Positions 31,576 through 42,053 are shown, counted from the stretch's first letter. The stretch: DNA of 64,000 nucleotides from an uncultured Alphaproteobacteria bacterium (GCA_963799315.1 CAWCWP010000003.1:1828-65827), one strand, 5' to 3'. Numbers and translations are program-made. The notes: generated by a model from the sequence alone, not told the origin.

Positions 31576-32258
31576 CGCCCGATCTGGACCCCGACCTTGA
31601 TCCCGACGAAGCCGAAGCGGAACGCGAACGGGCGAAACTGGCTCGCCGTGCAGAGAAGCTGTTTTCGGGCCGGGTCGACTTTCTGCTGTCTGCGCCGCAG
31701 CTGAAGTTCCTGCCCGATGCGACCGTGCCCGAAATCGCCTTTGCGGGCCGCAGCAATGTCGGCAAATCCTCGCTGCTCAATGCGCTGACCGGGCGCAAGA
31801 GTATCGCGCGGGCCTCGGTCACGCCGGGCCGCACGCAGGAACTGAACTTCTTCGAAGTGGGCGAGCCGACCCTGTTCCGGCTGGTCGACATGCCCGGCTA
31901 CGGCTTCGCCAAGGCGCCCGTCGCAGGTGGTCGACAAATGGAAGAAGCTGGTCCGCACTTTCTGAAAGGACGCCAGACGCTCAATCGCACGCTGGTGCTG
32001 GTCGATGCGCGCCACGGCCTGAAGGATGTCGACCGCGAAATGATGCGGATGCTGGATGAAACCGCCGTCAGCTATCGCCTCGTCCTGACCAAGGCGGACA
32101 AGATCAAGGCCAGCGCGCTGGATGCGGTCGCCGAAAAGGTCGCCGAGGAAGCGCGCACGCACCCTGCCGCCTATCCCGAAATGCACGTCACCAGCGCCGA
32201 AAAAGGCATGGGCATCGAAGCCCTGCGCGCCGCCGTGCTGGCCGACGCCGGGGTGTAG
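31572..32258 (+). CDS. engB: Ribosome biogenesis GTPase YihA/EngB (short compensated frameshift near 31925-31960)
   Basis: GRSNVGKSS, PGRT, DMPGYG, TKADK. Confidence 0.93.
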   Translation: MTPDLDPDLDPDEAEAERERAKLARRAEKLFSGRVDFLLSAPQLKFLPDATVPEIAFAGRSNVGKSSLLNALTGRKSIARASVTPGRTQELNFFEVGEPTLFRLVDMPGYGFAKAPVAGGRQMEEAGPHFLKGRQTLNRTLVLVDARHGLKDVDREMMRMLDETAVSYRLVLTKADKIKASALDAVAEKVAEEARTHPAAYPEMHVTSAEKGMGIEALRAAVLADAGV

Positions 32259-32531
32259 CGCGGGGCTTTCAACGGGCATTTTCCTACACGAGTGCGCGCC
32301 GTCATATACTGGCGGATGACCAATGCTTTCCATTCCGACCATAGCTTCCAAACCGTCGAACAGGGCCGCGCCACCCTGCGCGCCTATCTGCGCGAAATCT
32401 CGCGTCCGAAGCGGGCCAGTGTTTTCGGCCAGGACAGTGTAACACCCGGTCCATCTGTTCAGTCTCGACACCGCAAGGATGAACGCTTAGGCGGCAGGCT
32501 CAAACAGGGAGGCGAGGGACAGGGGCGCTGC

Positions 32532-33205
32532 ATGAAGCTGATACTGGGCAACAAGAACTATTCGAGCTGGAGCTTGCGCGGCTGGCTCGCGGCCAAGCAA
32601 TCGGGTCTGGCGTTCGAGGAAATCACCGTGCCGCTGTTCGGCAAGGAATGGGAGGCGAGCAAGCAGGCAGACCGACGGCACGCAGCCCAGCCACGGCAAG
32701 GTGCCGATCCTGTGGGACGGCGAAACGGTGGTATGGGACAGCCTCGCCATCCTCGAATATCTCGCCGACAAGGTCGGGCGCGACCGGTTCTGGCCCAAGG
32801 ACGATGCAGCGCGCGGCATGGCGCGGGCGATGGTCGCGGAAATGCACTCCAGCTTCGCCGCGCTGCGCACCGATTGTCCGATGAACATCCGCGCCAGCGT
32901 GCCCGATGCCACCATCTCCGAAGCCACCCGCACCGACACGGTGCGCATCCTGCAATTATGGGCAGAGGCCCGCGCCCGGTTCGGGCAAAGCGGCCCGTTC
33001 CTGTTCGGCACGTTCGGCGCGGCGGATATCGTCTATGCACCCATCGTTTCCCGCTTCCGCACCTACGGCTTCACCCTGCCCGGCTTCGCCGCAAGCCTAT
33101 ATGGAGGCGGTGTGGGAGCATGACTGGATGCAGGCATGGGTCGCGGCGGCGGAAGACGAGGAATGGGTGATCGAGCAATATGAACAGCCGGAGCAGGCGG
33201 AATGA
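32532..33205 (+). CDS. Glutathione S-transferase family protein (frameshifted)
   Basis: GNKNYSSWSLRGW, VPIL, WDSLAILEYL, EMHSSF, FLFGTFGAADIVYAP. Confidence 0.9.
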
Positions 33206-34339
33206 GCGACGCCCTTGCCTATACAAAAACGCTGATTGCCGCGCCCAGCGTCACCCCAGCGACCGGCGCGGTGTTCGATGCGATGGAGGCGATGCTGGCG
33301 CCGCTCGGTTTCGCGGTGACGCGGTTCACGCGCGGCGAGGGGCCGGAAGGCAGCGACGAGGCACCGGTCGAGAACCTGTTCGCCATTCGCACCGGTCCCG
33401 CAGGATCGCGGCATATCGCCTTCGCCGGCCATCTCGACGTGGTGCCGCCGGGGCCGGACTGGGCCAGCGCACCTTTCGCGCCGGAAGAGCGCGGCGGCTT
33501 GCTCTACGGGCGCGGTGCGGTGGACATGAAGGGCGCGATCGCCTGCATGGTCGCCGCCGTGGCCGATGTGCCGCAGGACGCCGGCACGGTCAGCTTCATC
33601 ATCACCGGCGACGAGGAAGGCCCTGCCCTACACGGCACCCGCGCGCTGATCGATTTCATGCGCGAGGCCGGCCATCAGCCCGACCTGTGCCTGGTTGGCG
33701 AGCCGACTTCGGTGAAGGCGCTGGGCGACATGATGAAGATCGGGCGGCGCGGCTCGGTCAATATCTGGATCGAGGTCGAGGGCACGCAGGGCCATGTCGC
33801 CTATCCGCACCTCGCCGACAATCCGCTGCCCAAGCTGGTGGCGATCCTGGCCGAGCTGGACGCGCTGGTGCTGGACGAGGGCACCGACTGGTTCCAGCCT
33901 TCCAATCTGGAGCTTACCGACCTGACCGTCGGCAATCCGGCGCATAATGTGATCCCGGCCAAAGCCGAGGCGCGCCTGTCCATCCGCTTCAACGACCTGC
34001 ATTCGGGCCAGTCGCTCAGCGAACAGGTCGCCGCCATCGCCACCAAACATGGCGGCACTGCGCGCGCCATCGTCTCGGGCGAACCTTTCCTGACCCCGCC
34101 CGGCGCATTCTCGCAGATCATCGCCGATGCGGTGGAGGCGGAAACCGGCAACGCCCCCGAAGCCAGCACCACCGGCGGCACATCGGACGCGCGTTTCCTG
34201 CGCGCGGTGTGCCCGGTGATCGAATTCGGCCTGTGCAATGCGACGATGCACAAGACGGATGAGGCGGTTGCGGTGGCCGACCTCGCCACGCTGACCCGCA
34301 TTTACCGCGCGCATCGCACTGGCGGCGCTTGCGCATTGA
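33202..34339 (+). CDS. dapE: Succinyl-diaminopimelate desuccinylase (frameshift near 3' end)
   Basis: FAGHLDVVP, GRGAVDMKG, GDEE, GEPT, GHVAYP, GGTSDARF; TGA at 34337 in shifted frame. Confidence 0.95.
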
Positions 34340-34349
34340 TTTGTAATCA

Positions 34350-34434
34350 CGTCATTGCGAGCGTAGCGCGGCAATCCGGAGCGTCGAGCGCGCGGCTTCC
34401 GGATCGCCACGGGGCTACGCCCCTCGCAATGACG
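34350..34434. repeat. CGTC-type REP/RPE-like palindromic element (empty, 85 bp)
   Basis: CGTCATTGCGAG...GCAATCC...GGATCGC...CTCGCAATGACG; 12-bp terminal inverted repeats. Confidence 0.85.
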
Positions 34435-34450
34435 AAGGGGGATTGAACAT

Positions 34451-35700
34451 ATGAAAACCTGGTTCGCCATTCCGCTGTGGCAGCGTGTCATCGTCGCCCT
34501 GATACTCGGCGGCATTCTCGGCTACATCTGGGGTCCGGGGGCGGAAAGCATCAAGATCGTCGGCGATGTGTTCATCGACTTCATCAAGATGCTGATCGTG
34601 CCGCTCATCTTCTTCAGCATCGTGTCGGGCGTGGCCTCCATCGGCGATGTCGGGCGGCTGGGCAGCGTCGGGTGGCGCGCCGTGGGCATGTTCCTGCTGA
34701 CCGGACAGGTGGCGGTGTGGCTGGGGCTGACTCTTGGCACGATCTTCGCGCCGGGCATCGGGCTGGATACTTCCGCCATCCAGATGGGCGACGTGCCCGA
34801 ACCCGGTGCCTTCGACTGGCGCGAGATGGTGCGCACCATGATCCCGGTCAGCCCGGTCGGGGTGATGGCGCAATGTGCAGGTGCTGCCGCTGATCGTCTT
34901 TTCGCTGCTGGTCGGCATCGGCATCCTGCTGGGCCAGCGCGAGGATATGGCGGCGGTCGGCCCCATCGCGCGCGCGTTCGATGGCGGCGCGCTGGTTTTC
35001 CAGAAGATCACGATCCTAATCATGGAGCTGACCCCGTTCGGCGTGTTCGCGCTGATGGCATGGGTGGTCGGCACGCTGGGGCTGGACGCGGTGGCGGCGC
35101 TGGCGCAAGCTGGTGGCGCTGAATTATGCGGGCTGCCTGCTCATCATCGGCGTGATGTATGTGTCGGTGCTGGCCTTCGTGGCGCGGGTGTCGGTCATCG
35201 GGTTCTTTCGCGGCATGGTGGACGCGATTGCGGTCGCCTATTCCACCGCCAGTTCCTCGGCCACGCTGCCCGTGACGTTACGCTGCACGCAGCGCAATCT
35301 GGGCGTCAGCAAGCCGACCAGCAGCTTCGTCGTGTCGCTGGGTTCCACCATCAATATGGACGGCACCGCGATGTATCTGGGGCTGGCGACGCTGTTCGGG
35401 GCGCAGATCTTCGGCGTCGATCTGAGCGTGGCGGATTACCTCATGGTGGCGCTGCTGGCGACCGTGGGCAGCATCGGCGCGGCGGGCATTCCGGGCGGCG
35501 GGCTGGTGATGATGGGCGCAGTGTTTACGGCGGTCGGCGTACCGCTCGAAACCATCGCCTTCGTCGCTGGCGTGGACCGCATCATGGACATGATGCGCAC
35601 CGCCACCAATGTGACAGGCGATGCGGCCGTGACGGTGACGACGGCGAGTATGCTGGGCGAGCTGGACAAGGTTGAGTTGCGGAGTGCGGACGATGTTTAA
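34451..35700 (+). CDS. Dicarboxylate/amino acid:cation symporter (frameshifted)
   Basis: KMLIVPLIF, PFGVFAL, STASSSATLP, GSTINMDG, VDRIMDMMRT..NVTGD. Confidence 0.92.
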
Positions 35701-36019
35701 GTGGAATGATAAGGCTAAATCGCCCGCGCTAAAATTGAAAACTTCCGTTTTCCGGAAAAGATACGCATCGTTTCGTAGACGTGCCGGCCATATATTAATA
35801 GGATTACTTACCTCTGTTGCCGTTGTTATCACGTTGATTTCTGGTGCTGATTTAGTATTTAAGTTAGGATATGGTTATGAGAAGCATGATTTTCTAACAG
35901 GTATGCTTATGATTGCGATTGGTATCGTTTCGTGGCCATTTTGGTCTATTACTTCGACAATCGTTGATCGCATGAGTGGCATAGAAACGGAATTCGAAGA
36001 CGATTACTGGAAGCTTTAG
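35693..36019 (+). CDS. AT-rich two-TM hypothetical membrane protein
   Basis: Two hydrophobic helices; strongly AT-rich codons; start overlaps symporter 3' end. Confidence 0.65.
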   Translation: MFKWNDKAKSPALKLKTSVFRKRYASFRRRAGHILIGLLTSVAVVITLISGADLVFKLGYGYEKHDFLTGMLMIAIGIVSWPFWSITSTIVDRMSGIETEFEDDYWKL

Positions 36020-36035
36020 ATTGGCGAGTAGTCGC

Positions 36036-36686
36036 TCACCTCCCCTTCGGCTTCTCCAGCACCTTCTTACGAAAACTGCACAAATCCACCACCGGGCAGC
36101 GCCAGCATTCGGGCGTTCGCGCTTTGCAGATGTAGCGGCCATGCAGGATCAGCCAGTGGTGTGCGTGCAGGCGGAAGGGTTGGGGCACGCGCTTGTCCAG
36201 CTTGGCCTCGACGTGGTCGGGCGTCTTGCCCTTGGCCAGGCCGGTGCGGTTGCCGACGCGCAGGATGTGGGTGTCCACCGCAAAGGTTTCCTGCCCGAAC
36301 CAGCAGTTCAGCACCACATTCGCCGTCTTGCGCCCCACGCCGGGCAGCCGCACCAACGCCTCGCGCGTATCGGGCACCTCCCCGCCGAACTCGTCCACCA
36401 GCAGCGCCGCGCAGGCCATCACGTTCTTCGCCTTGGAATTGAACAGGCCGATGGTCTTGATGTGATCGACCAGCGCCTCGTGCCCAAGATCGAGCATCTG
36501 CTGCGGCGTCTCGACGTGCGCGAACAGCGCCCGCGTCGCCTTGTTCACGCCCACATCGGTCGCCTGCGCACTCAACGCGACCGCCACCACCAGCTGATAG
36601 GCATTGCCGAATTCCAGCTCGGTCACCGGCTCCGGATTGTCCTCCGCCAGCCGCCGGAAAAACTCGAAGATCTGGTCCTTGGTCAT
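36036..36686 (-). CDS. nth: Endonuclease III
   Basis: LSAQATD, LPGVGRKTANV, VDTH, C-x6-C-x2-C-x5-C. Confidence 0.97.
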   Translation of the reverse strand: MTKDQIFEFFRRLAEDNPEPVTELEFGNAYQLVVAVALSAQATDVGVNKATRALFAHVETPQQMLDLGHEALVDHIKTIGLFNSKAKNVMACAALLVDEFGGEVPDTREALVRLPGVGRKTANVVLNCWFGQETFAVDTHILRVGNRTGLAKGKTPDHVEAKLDKRVPQPFRLHAHHWLILHGRYICKARTPECWRCPVVDLCSFRKKVLEKPKGR

Positions 36687-36700
36687 ACGCGAAGTAACCG

Positions 36701-37420
36701 TTACAGACCCAGCACATCGTTCATCGTGTAGCGGCCCGGTGCCTGTCCGGTCAGCCATGCCGCCGCGCGCACCGCACCGCGTGCGAAGATGCTGCGGTTT
36801 TCGGCGCTGTGCGACAGGGTCAGCCGCTCCTCCTCGCCAGCAAACAGCACGCTGTGCTCGCCAGCAATCGTGCCGCCGCGCATTGCCGCGAAGCCGATGG
36901 TGCCAGGTTCGCGCGCGCCGTTCCGGTCGTCGGCCCGCACCGTGGCGAGATCGACCGCGCGCCCCGCCGCCGCAGCCTCGCCCAGCAGCATCGCAGTGCC
37001 CGAAGGCGCATCCACCTTGCGGCGGTGATGCAGGTCGAGGATTTCCACGTCCCAGTCGGAATCAAGCCGCGCCGCCGCCTCGCGCACAAGATGCGCCAGC
37101 AGCGTGACGCCGAGCGAGGTATTGCCCGTTTGCAGCACCGCGACGGCCTGTGCCGCCTCGTCCAGCGCCGCGTGGTGCCGTGCCTCAAGCCCGGTGGTGC
37201 CGACCAGCACCGGAACCTTCGCATCGACTGCCGCTGCCAGCGTCGATTCCAGAGCGTCAGGTGCGGAAAAATCCACCAGCACCTCAATTTGTCCGGACAG
37301 CTTTCCAACGTCATCGCCATGATCGACGCCGCCGCCCAGCGTATGTCCCGCTTCCTGCACCGCATCACGCAATGACATGCCCATGCGCCCTGCGCTGCCG
37401 ATGATTCCGATGCGTGCCAT
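36701..37420 (-). CDS. dapB: 4-hydroxy-tetrahydrodipicolinate reductase
   Basis: [25 protein letters not shown]. Confidence 0.96.
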   Translation of the reverse strand: MARIGIIGSAGRMGMSLRDAVQEAGHTLGGGVDHGDDVGKLSGQIEVLVDFSAPDALESTLAAAVDAKVPVLVGTTGLEARHHAALDEAAQAVAVLQTGNTSLGVTLLAHLVREAAARLDSDWDVEILDLHHRRKVDAPSGTAMLLGEAAAAGRAVDLATVRADDRNGAREPGTIGFAAMRGGTIAGEHSVLFAGEEERLTLSHSAENRSIFARGAVRAAAWLTGQAPGRYTMNDVLGL

Positions 37421-37455
37421 TGAGCTTCCAACCCCTCCCATGCGAGACCCTGCCC

Positions 37456-38180
37456 ATGCCAGACATTCGTACCATCGTCATCCTTACCGGTGCAGGGATT
37501 TCCGCCGAATCCGGTATCGCCACGTTCCGCGCGGCGGACGGGTTGTGGGAAGAACACCGGATCGAGGATGTCGCCACGCCCGAAGGCTTCGCCCGCGACC
37601 CCGCGCTGGTGCAGCGGTTCTATGATATGCGGCGCGCGGCGGTGCACGCGGCGAAGCCCAATGCGGCGCACGAGGCGCTGGCGCGGCTGGGGCGTGAATG
37701 GCGGGGCGACCTGCTACTCGTCACGCAAAACGTCGACGACTTGCACGAACGTGCTATTGGTCCGGGGGAGCGACGGGCGTGCTGCATATGCATGGCGAGC
37801 TGCTGTCCGCCCTGTGCGGCGCATGCGGCACGCGGCATCGCTGGACCGACCCGCTCGGCGACGCACCGCCATGTCCGGCGTGCGGTGCCGGGGCGCTGCG
37901 GCCCGATATCGTGTGGTTCGGCGAGATGCCCTACGGCATGGACCGCATCTACGCCGCGCTTGGTCAGGCCGACCTGTTCGTTTCCATCGGCACATCGGGC
38001 GCGGTTTATCCGGCGGCAGGCTTCGTGGCGGAGGCGAAGGCAGCGGGTGCGCGGACGCTGGAACTCAACCTCGAACGCAGCGAAGGCTCGCACCTGTTCG
38101 ACGAGACGCGGCAGGGCCCGGCCGGTGCGCTGGTGCCGCAATGGGTGGACGAGATGCTGGTGAATGCCGGACAAAGGTGA
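37456..38180 (+). CDS. cobB: NAD-dependent deacylase, sirtuin (frameshift near 37770)
   Basis: [49 protein letters not shown]. Confidence 0.93.
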
Positions 38181-38391
38181 CACTGTGTCACCTGTTGTTG
38201 GGCGGAAACTTCCCAATTTTGTCAGATGTTTAGAGCGATAATGCCAAAGGTGACGGACAGGGCTCTAAGCCCTGTTTTCGAGCAGACTGGCCAAATCGCG
38301 CGGAGGATATCGACGAATTGAAAGAGCGCAGCCAGCTTAGCGGCCTATGTCGATGTAGGAAAATGTCTGGACTGGGGTGAGAAGCGGCCGC

Positions 38392-38559
38392 TCAAGTCTT
38401 TTTTCCTATGGGCGCGAGGAAGCCGTAAACTATCGAAGCAGCCGTCCACCCGGCTACAAAAGAAACTTGAATGGTCGATCCCTGCAAGTAATTCAGGCCA
38501 CTGTAAAATCCAATACCTAGTGCCCAATATAGGAATGCCGATGCAATTCGCTCACCCAT
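38392..38559 (-). CDS. 55-aa two-TM small membrane protein (absent from ORF track)
   Basis: Hand translation MGERIASAFLYWALGIGFYSGLNYLQGSTIQVSFVAGWTAASIVYGFLAPIGKKT; AGGAG RBS 9 nt upstream. Confidence 0.65.
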   Translation of the reverse strand: MGERIASAFLYWALGIGFYSGLNYLQGSTIQVSFVAGWTAASIVYGFLAPIGKKT

Positions 38560-38878
38560 TTGCAGATCTCCTGTCGTGGACGTAGACTTTACACGTTATG
38601 CGAGCAATCGCGAATGTCCGCAACTGGGGTCGTTTGTTGACGGACCGGTTTTGGCACCGATCATCGGCAAGCCGCCGGTCCGCTTCCAAGCGCTTCCCAT
38701 TGAGCCGCGAACGTCGGATTTTGGGGTGCGGAGCGGAACGGCAAACTAGGAGCCGCTTGCGCTCGGATTGTCGTCCTGAAGCTTGCTCTTGAAGCGTCAC
38801 CTTTATATGAAAAATATAATTAATTTGACAATCCGGCTTATCTCGTTTTATATAAAACATATGAAACAGGAGAGTTTG

Positions 38879-39280
38879 ATGACGAAAGTAACATCAGAGA
38901 CAATGAGGCCGAAACACGTAAAAGCTGCGCGAGCGTTGCTCGAATGGAGCGCAGAAGAATTGGCAGATGTTCTGCCAGTGGGTGTAGCAACTCTGCGAAC
39001 GTTCGAAAGCGGCAAGGAAGTCAAACTGGCCAGCCGCATCGCTATTTTTGACGGGCTCACGAATTATGGCGTGCGTATGCAAAATGGTGGCCGTCCTGGA
39101 GTGAAAATCGTTGAACCAGAGAAATGGTCGATCAACATCAATAAGAAAGCGTGCCCCGCATGCGATAGTGTACTGCCCTTCATTCGAACGCCTCGCAACT
39201 TACGGCAGGTGGTTTGGGGTGGCTGGACCTGCGAGAACTGTCGCGCTGAGATAGACAAGGCGGGTCGAGAGATTGCCTAG
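38879..39280 (+). CDS. XRE-type HTH protein with C-terminal Zn ribbon
   Basis: VKAARALLEWSAEELA..TLRTFESG; CPAC...WGGWTCENC; AGGAGAG RBS. Confidence 0.75.
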   Translation: MTKVTSETMRPKHVKAARALLEWSAEELADVLPVGVATLRTFESGKEVKLASRIAIFDGLTNYGVRMQNGGRPGVKIVEPEKWSININKKACPACDSVLPFIRTPRNLRQVVWGGWTCENCRAEIDKAGREIA

Positions 39281-39374
39281 CCAGCCGCAATGTGACTTTC
39301 CGAAGCTGGGTCGTTAGCCCAAGATTTGCGCTTGGCAGCGTATCGCTGAAAGCAGACGTTCCGCTAGTGGGTCG

Positions 39375-40153
39375 TTACCTATCGTTCCACCCACACCCCC
39401 GACACGCGGCGTCCTTCGCAATCGTCAGCGTCCGCATTCCCGGCTTCATGCCATCCAGCACATGCAGCTTGCCCCATCGCTCTCGCGCCGAACGCGGCGC
39501 TGCCTGCCAGCAGTAGCCGCACCGCCTCCATTGCCGCGAAGCTGCCGACCCAGCCTGCCATCGCGCCCAGCATGCCATCCTCGGCGCAGCTGTCGCAATC
39601 GTCCGCGTCGAACGCATCGCCGACGAAGCAGCGGTAGCAGGGCTGGTCCGGCAGGTGCCCGGCAAACGCACCGACCTGCCCCTGGAACCGCGCGACTGCC
39701 GCCGACAGCAGCGGGATACCCGCCGCCACGCAGGCATCCGATACGGCGAGGCGGGTGGCGAAATTGTCGGTGCCGTCGAGCACCAGCTGCGCATCGTCCA
39801 GCGCGGCGCGCGCATTGGTGGCGTCGATCCGCGTATCGCTCAGCGTGACGGTCAGCGCATCGTCGAAATTGGCGAGCCACCGCCGGCGCTGAGACCGCCT
39901 TGCCGTGGCCGACATCGCGCTGCGCGAACAGGGTCTGGCGTTGCAGGTTGCTGACATCGACCACATCGTCGTCGATCAGGGTCAGCCGCCCGATCCCGGC
40001 AGCGGCAAGGTATTGCAGCGCGGGCGAGCCGATGCCGCCCAACCCGACCAGCGCGACATGCGCGTCCGCCAGCGCCACCTGGCCCGCACCGCCGATTTCG
40101 GGCAGGACGATATGGCGCGCAAATCGGTCGAGGCGGGCGGGAGATAAAGCCAT
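39375..40153 (-). CDS. moeB: HesA/MoeB/ThiF family adenylyltransferase (frameshifted)
   Basis: RFARHIVLPEIG, GLGGIG, SNLQRQ, DGTDNFATR, PCYRC, CRGC. Confidence 0.9.
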
Positions 40154-40214
40154 CGCAACCCTGTTGGCAGGGGGTGGATAGCCTGTCGAGAAACGCTAGC
40201 TTTCGAGCAGCTGT

Positions 40215-41621
40215 TTAGCTTTCCAGTTGGCGCAACAGGCTGCGCACATCGCCGTCCATATCGGCATCGCGGGTGCGCAGGTCTTCGATCAGGCGCACGG
40301 CGTGGATCACGGTGGAATGATCGCGCCCGCCGAACTTGCGCCCGATTTCGGGGTAGCTGCGCGGCGTCAGGCATTTCGCCAGATACATCGCCACCTGCCG
40401 TGGCCGCACGATGGCGCGGGCGCGGCGTTTGGACGACATTTCGGACCGGTCGAGGCGGTAGAACTGGCAGACCGTGCGCTGGATTTCGTCGATCGTGATG
40501 CGGCGGCGATTGGCGCTGAGGATATCGGTCAGCTGGTCTTCGGCCAGCGCCAGCGACACGTCCTGCCCGGTCAGCTGGGCATAGGCGATCAGCTTGTTCA
40601 GCCCGCCGACCAGCTCGCGGACATTGCGGGTGATGGTGCGCGCGAGGAAGGCGATGACGTCATCGGGCACGTTCAGGGGCGCGAAGCGCGTCAGCTTCGA
40701 TTCCAGGATCTTGCGGCGCAATTCGATATCGGCGGGCTGGATATCGGCGACCAGCCCCATCGACAGGCGACTCAGCAGGCGCGGTTCGACCCCGTCCAGC
40801 GCCTGCGGCGCGCGGTCGGCGGCGAAGACCAGCCGCTTGCCTTCGGCCAGCAGCGCGTCGATCGTGTAAAGCAGTTCCTCCTGCGCGCTCGCCTTGCCGA
40901 TGATGAACTGGATATCGTCCACCAGCAGCAGGTCGAAACTGCGCAGGCGCGCCTTGAATTCGATCATCTGGTTGGCTTTCAAAGCCTGGACGAATTCCAC
41001 CATGAAGCGTTCGGCGCTGCAATAGAAGATGCGCGCGCGCGGATGCCGGGCGAGATAGGCGTGGCCGGTCGCGTGCAGCAGGTGCGTCTTGCCCTGTCCG
41101 GTGGCGGCCTTGAGATAGAGCGGCGAGAATTGCGGCGGCTCGCTGGCGGCCATGCGTTCCGCCGCATTGCGGCCCAGCACGTTGGTCTCGCCGCTGACGA
41201 AAGAGGCAAAGGTCAGCGACGGGTCGAGGCCGACGGACGAGACGAAGCCTGCCTCCGGCAATCCGGCGGAGCCGACCGCGATCATGCTGGTGTCGCCCTT
41301 GTCCGCCGCCGTGCCGGGATTGTCGATGGCGATATCCGCCATGCGCCGGCGACCGGGATGGACCTGGATATTGACAGTGCGCACTTCGCCGCGCGCGATC
41401 TTCCACGCCAGCGACAGGCGGTCGGCAAACCGGTCCTGCACCCAGCTCGCGCTGAATTCGGTGGGGAGATACAGGTCGAGCGTGCCGGTGTCGGGGGAGA
41501 ACCCGCCGACCTGGATCGGCTTGATCCACTGGCTGTGCAGCTGGTGGCCCAGATCCTTGCGCAGGCCCTGGCTGATATCCGCCCAGTCCGCCGCCAGGTT
41601 CACCGCTTCCAGATCTTCCAT
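40215..41621 (-). CDS. dnaA: Chromosomal replication initiator DnaA
   Basis: TGQGKTHLL, LLVDDIQF, RLLSRL, NVREL, RPRQVAMYL, GGRDHSTVIHA. Confidence 0.98.
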   Translation of the reverse strand: MEDLEAVNLAADWADISQGLRKDLGHQLHSQWIKPIQVGGFSPDTGTLDLYLPTEFSASWVQDRFADRLSLAWKIARGEVRTVNIQVHPGRRRMADIAIDNPGTAADKGDTSMIAVGSAGLPEAGFVSSVGLDPSLTFASFVSGETNVLGRNAAERMAASEPPQFSPLYLKAATGQGKTHLLHATGHAYLARHPRARIFYCSAERFMVEFVQALKANQMIEFKARLRSFDLLLVDDIQFIIGKASAQEELLYTIDALLAEGKRLVFAADRAPQALDGVEPRLLSRLSMGLVADIQPADIELRRKILESKLTRFAPLNVPDDVIAFLARTITRNVRELVGGLNKLIAYAQLTGQDVSLALAEDQLTDILSANRRRITIDEIQRTVCQFYRLDRSEMSSKRRARAIVRPRQVAMYLAKCLTPRSYPEIGRKFGGRDHSTVIHAVRLIEDLRTRDADMDGDVRSLLRQLES

Positions 41622-42053
41622 ACACCCCCTGATGCGCGAGCCTGTCCCGCGCTATATTCTGCCGGGCCGGTGTTCCGGCAGAATACCGGAGCGTCCGACC
41701 TGTATGCGCCGAAGCGCCTGCTTTCGACGCAGGCATCCGACCCGGCTTCACCGCGCCTGCGGCAAAGCTTCGCCAACACCCGGAATCGCGTGATTCCAGC
41801 GCGCAGTCCTTCGACCGGTCGTTGTGTTGAACAGACGGTTTGTAAGCCGTGCTGCGGATGCTGTTTTAGGCATGGCGAAAGATGAGTCGCAAGGGCGGGC
41901 GATGTAAAATTACTGAAATAATTGCGTTGACATTAACCAAACCCGCAGGCCGCCGTTCAAGTGCCTGTAACGCCTTGGAAAGAGGGCCGCGCCCGCAATG
42001 CGAGACCACGCGAATCGCGGGATTTTCGCCTATCCGCCTGCGCAATCGCATAC

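Larger units (their letters stand above)
38362..39380. mobile_element. AT-rich cassette-like island delimited by recurring AATGTCCGC..TGGG(G)TCG motifs
   Basis: Five related motifs at about 38362, 38613, 38710, 39295, 39356 around two low-GC genes between convergent cobB and moeB. Confidence 0.55.

Noticed and set aside
32292-33170. N-terminally extended GST
   Set aside because: The GST has a canonical start (MKLILGNKNYSSWS) at 32532; the upstream frame is more likely a separate small ORF
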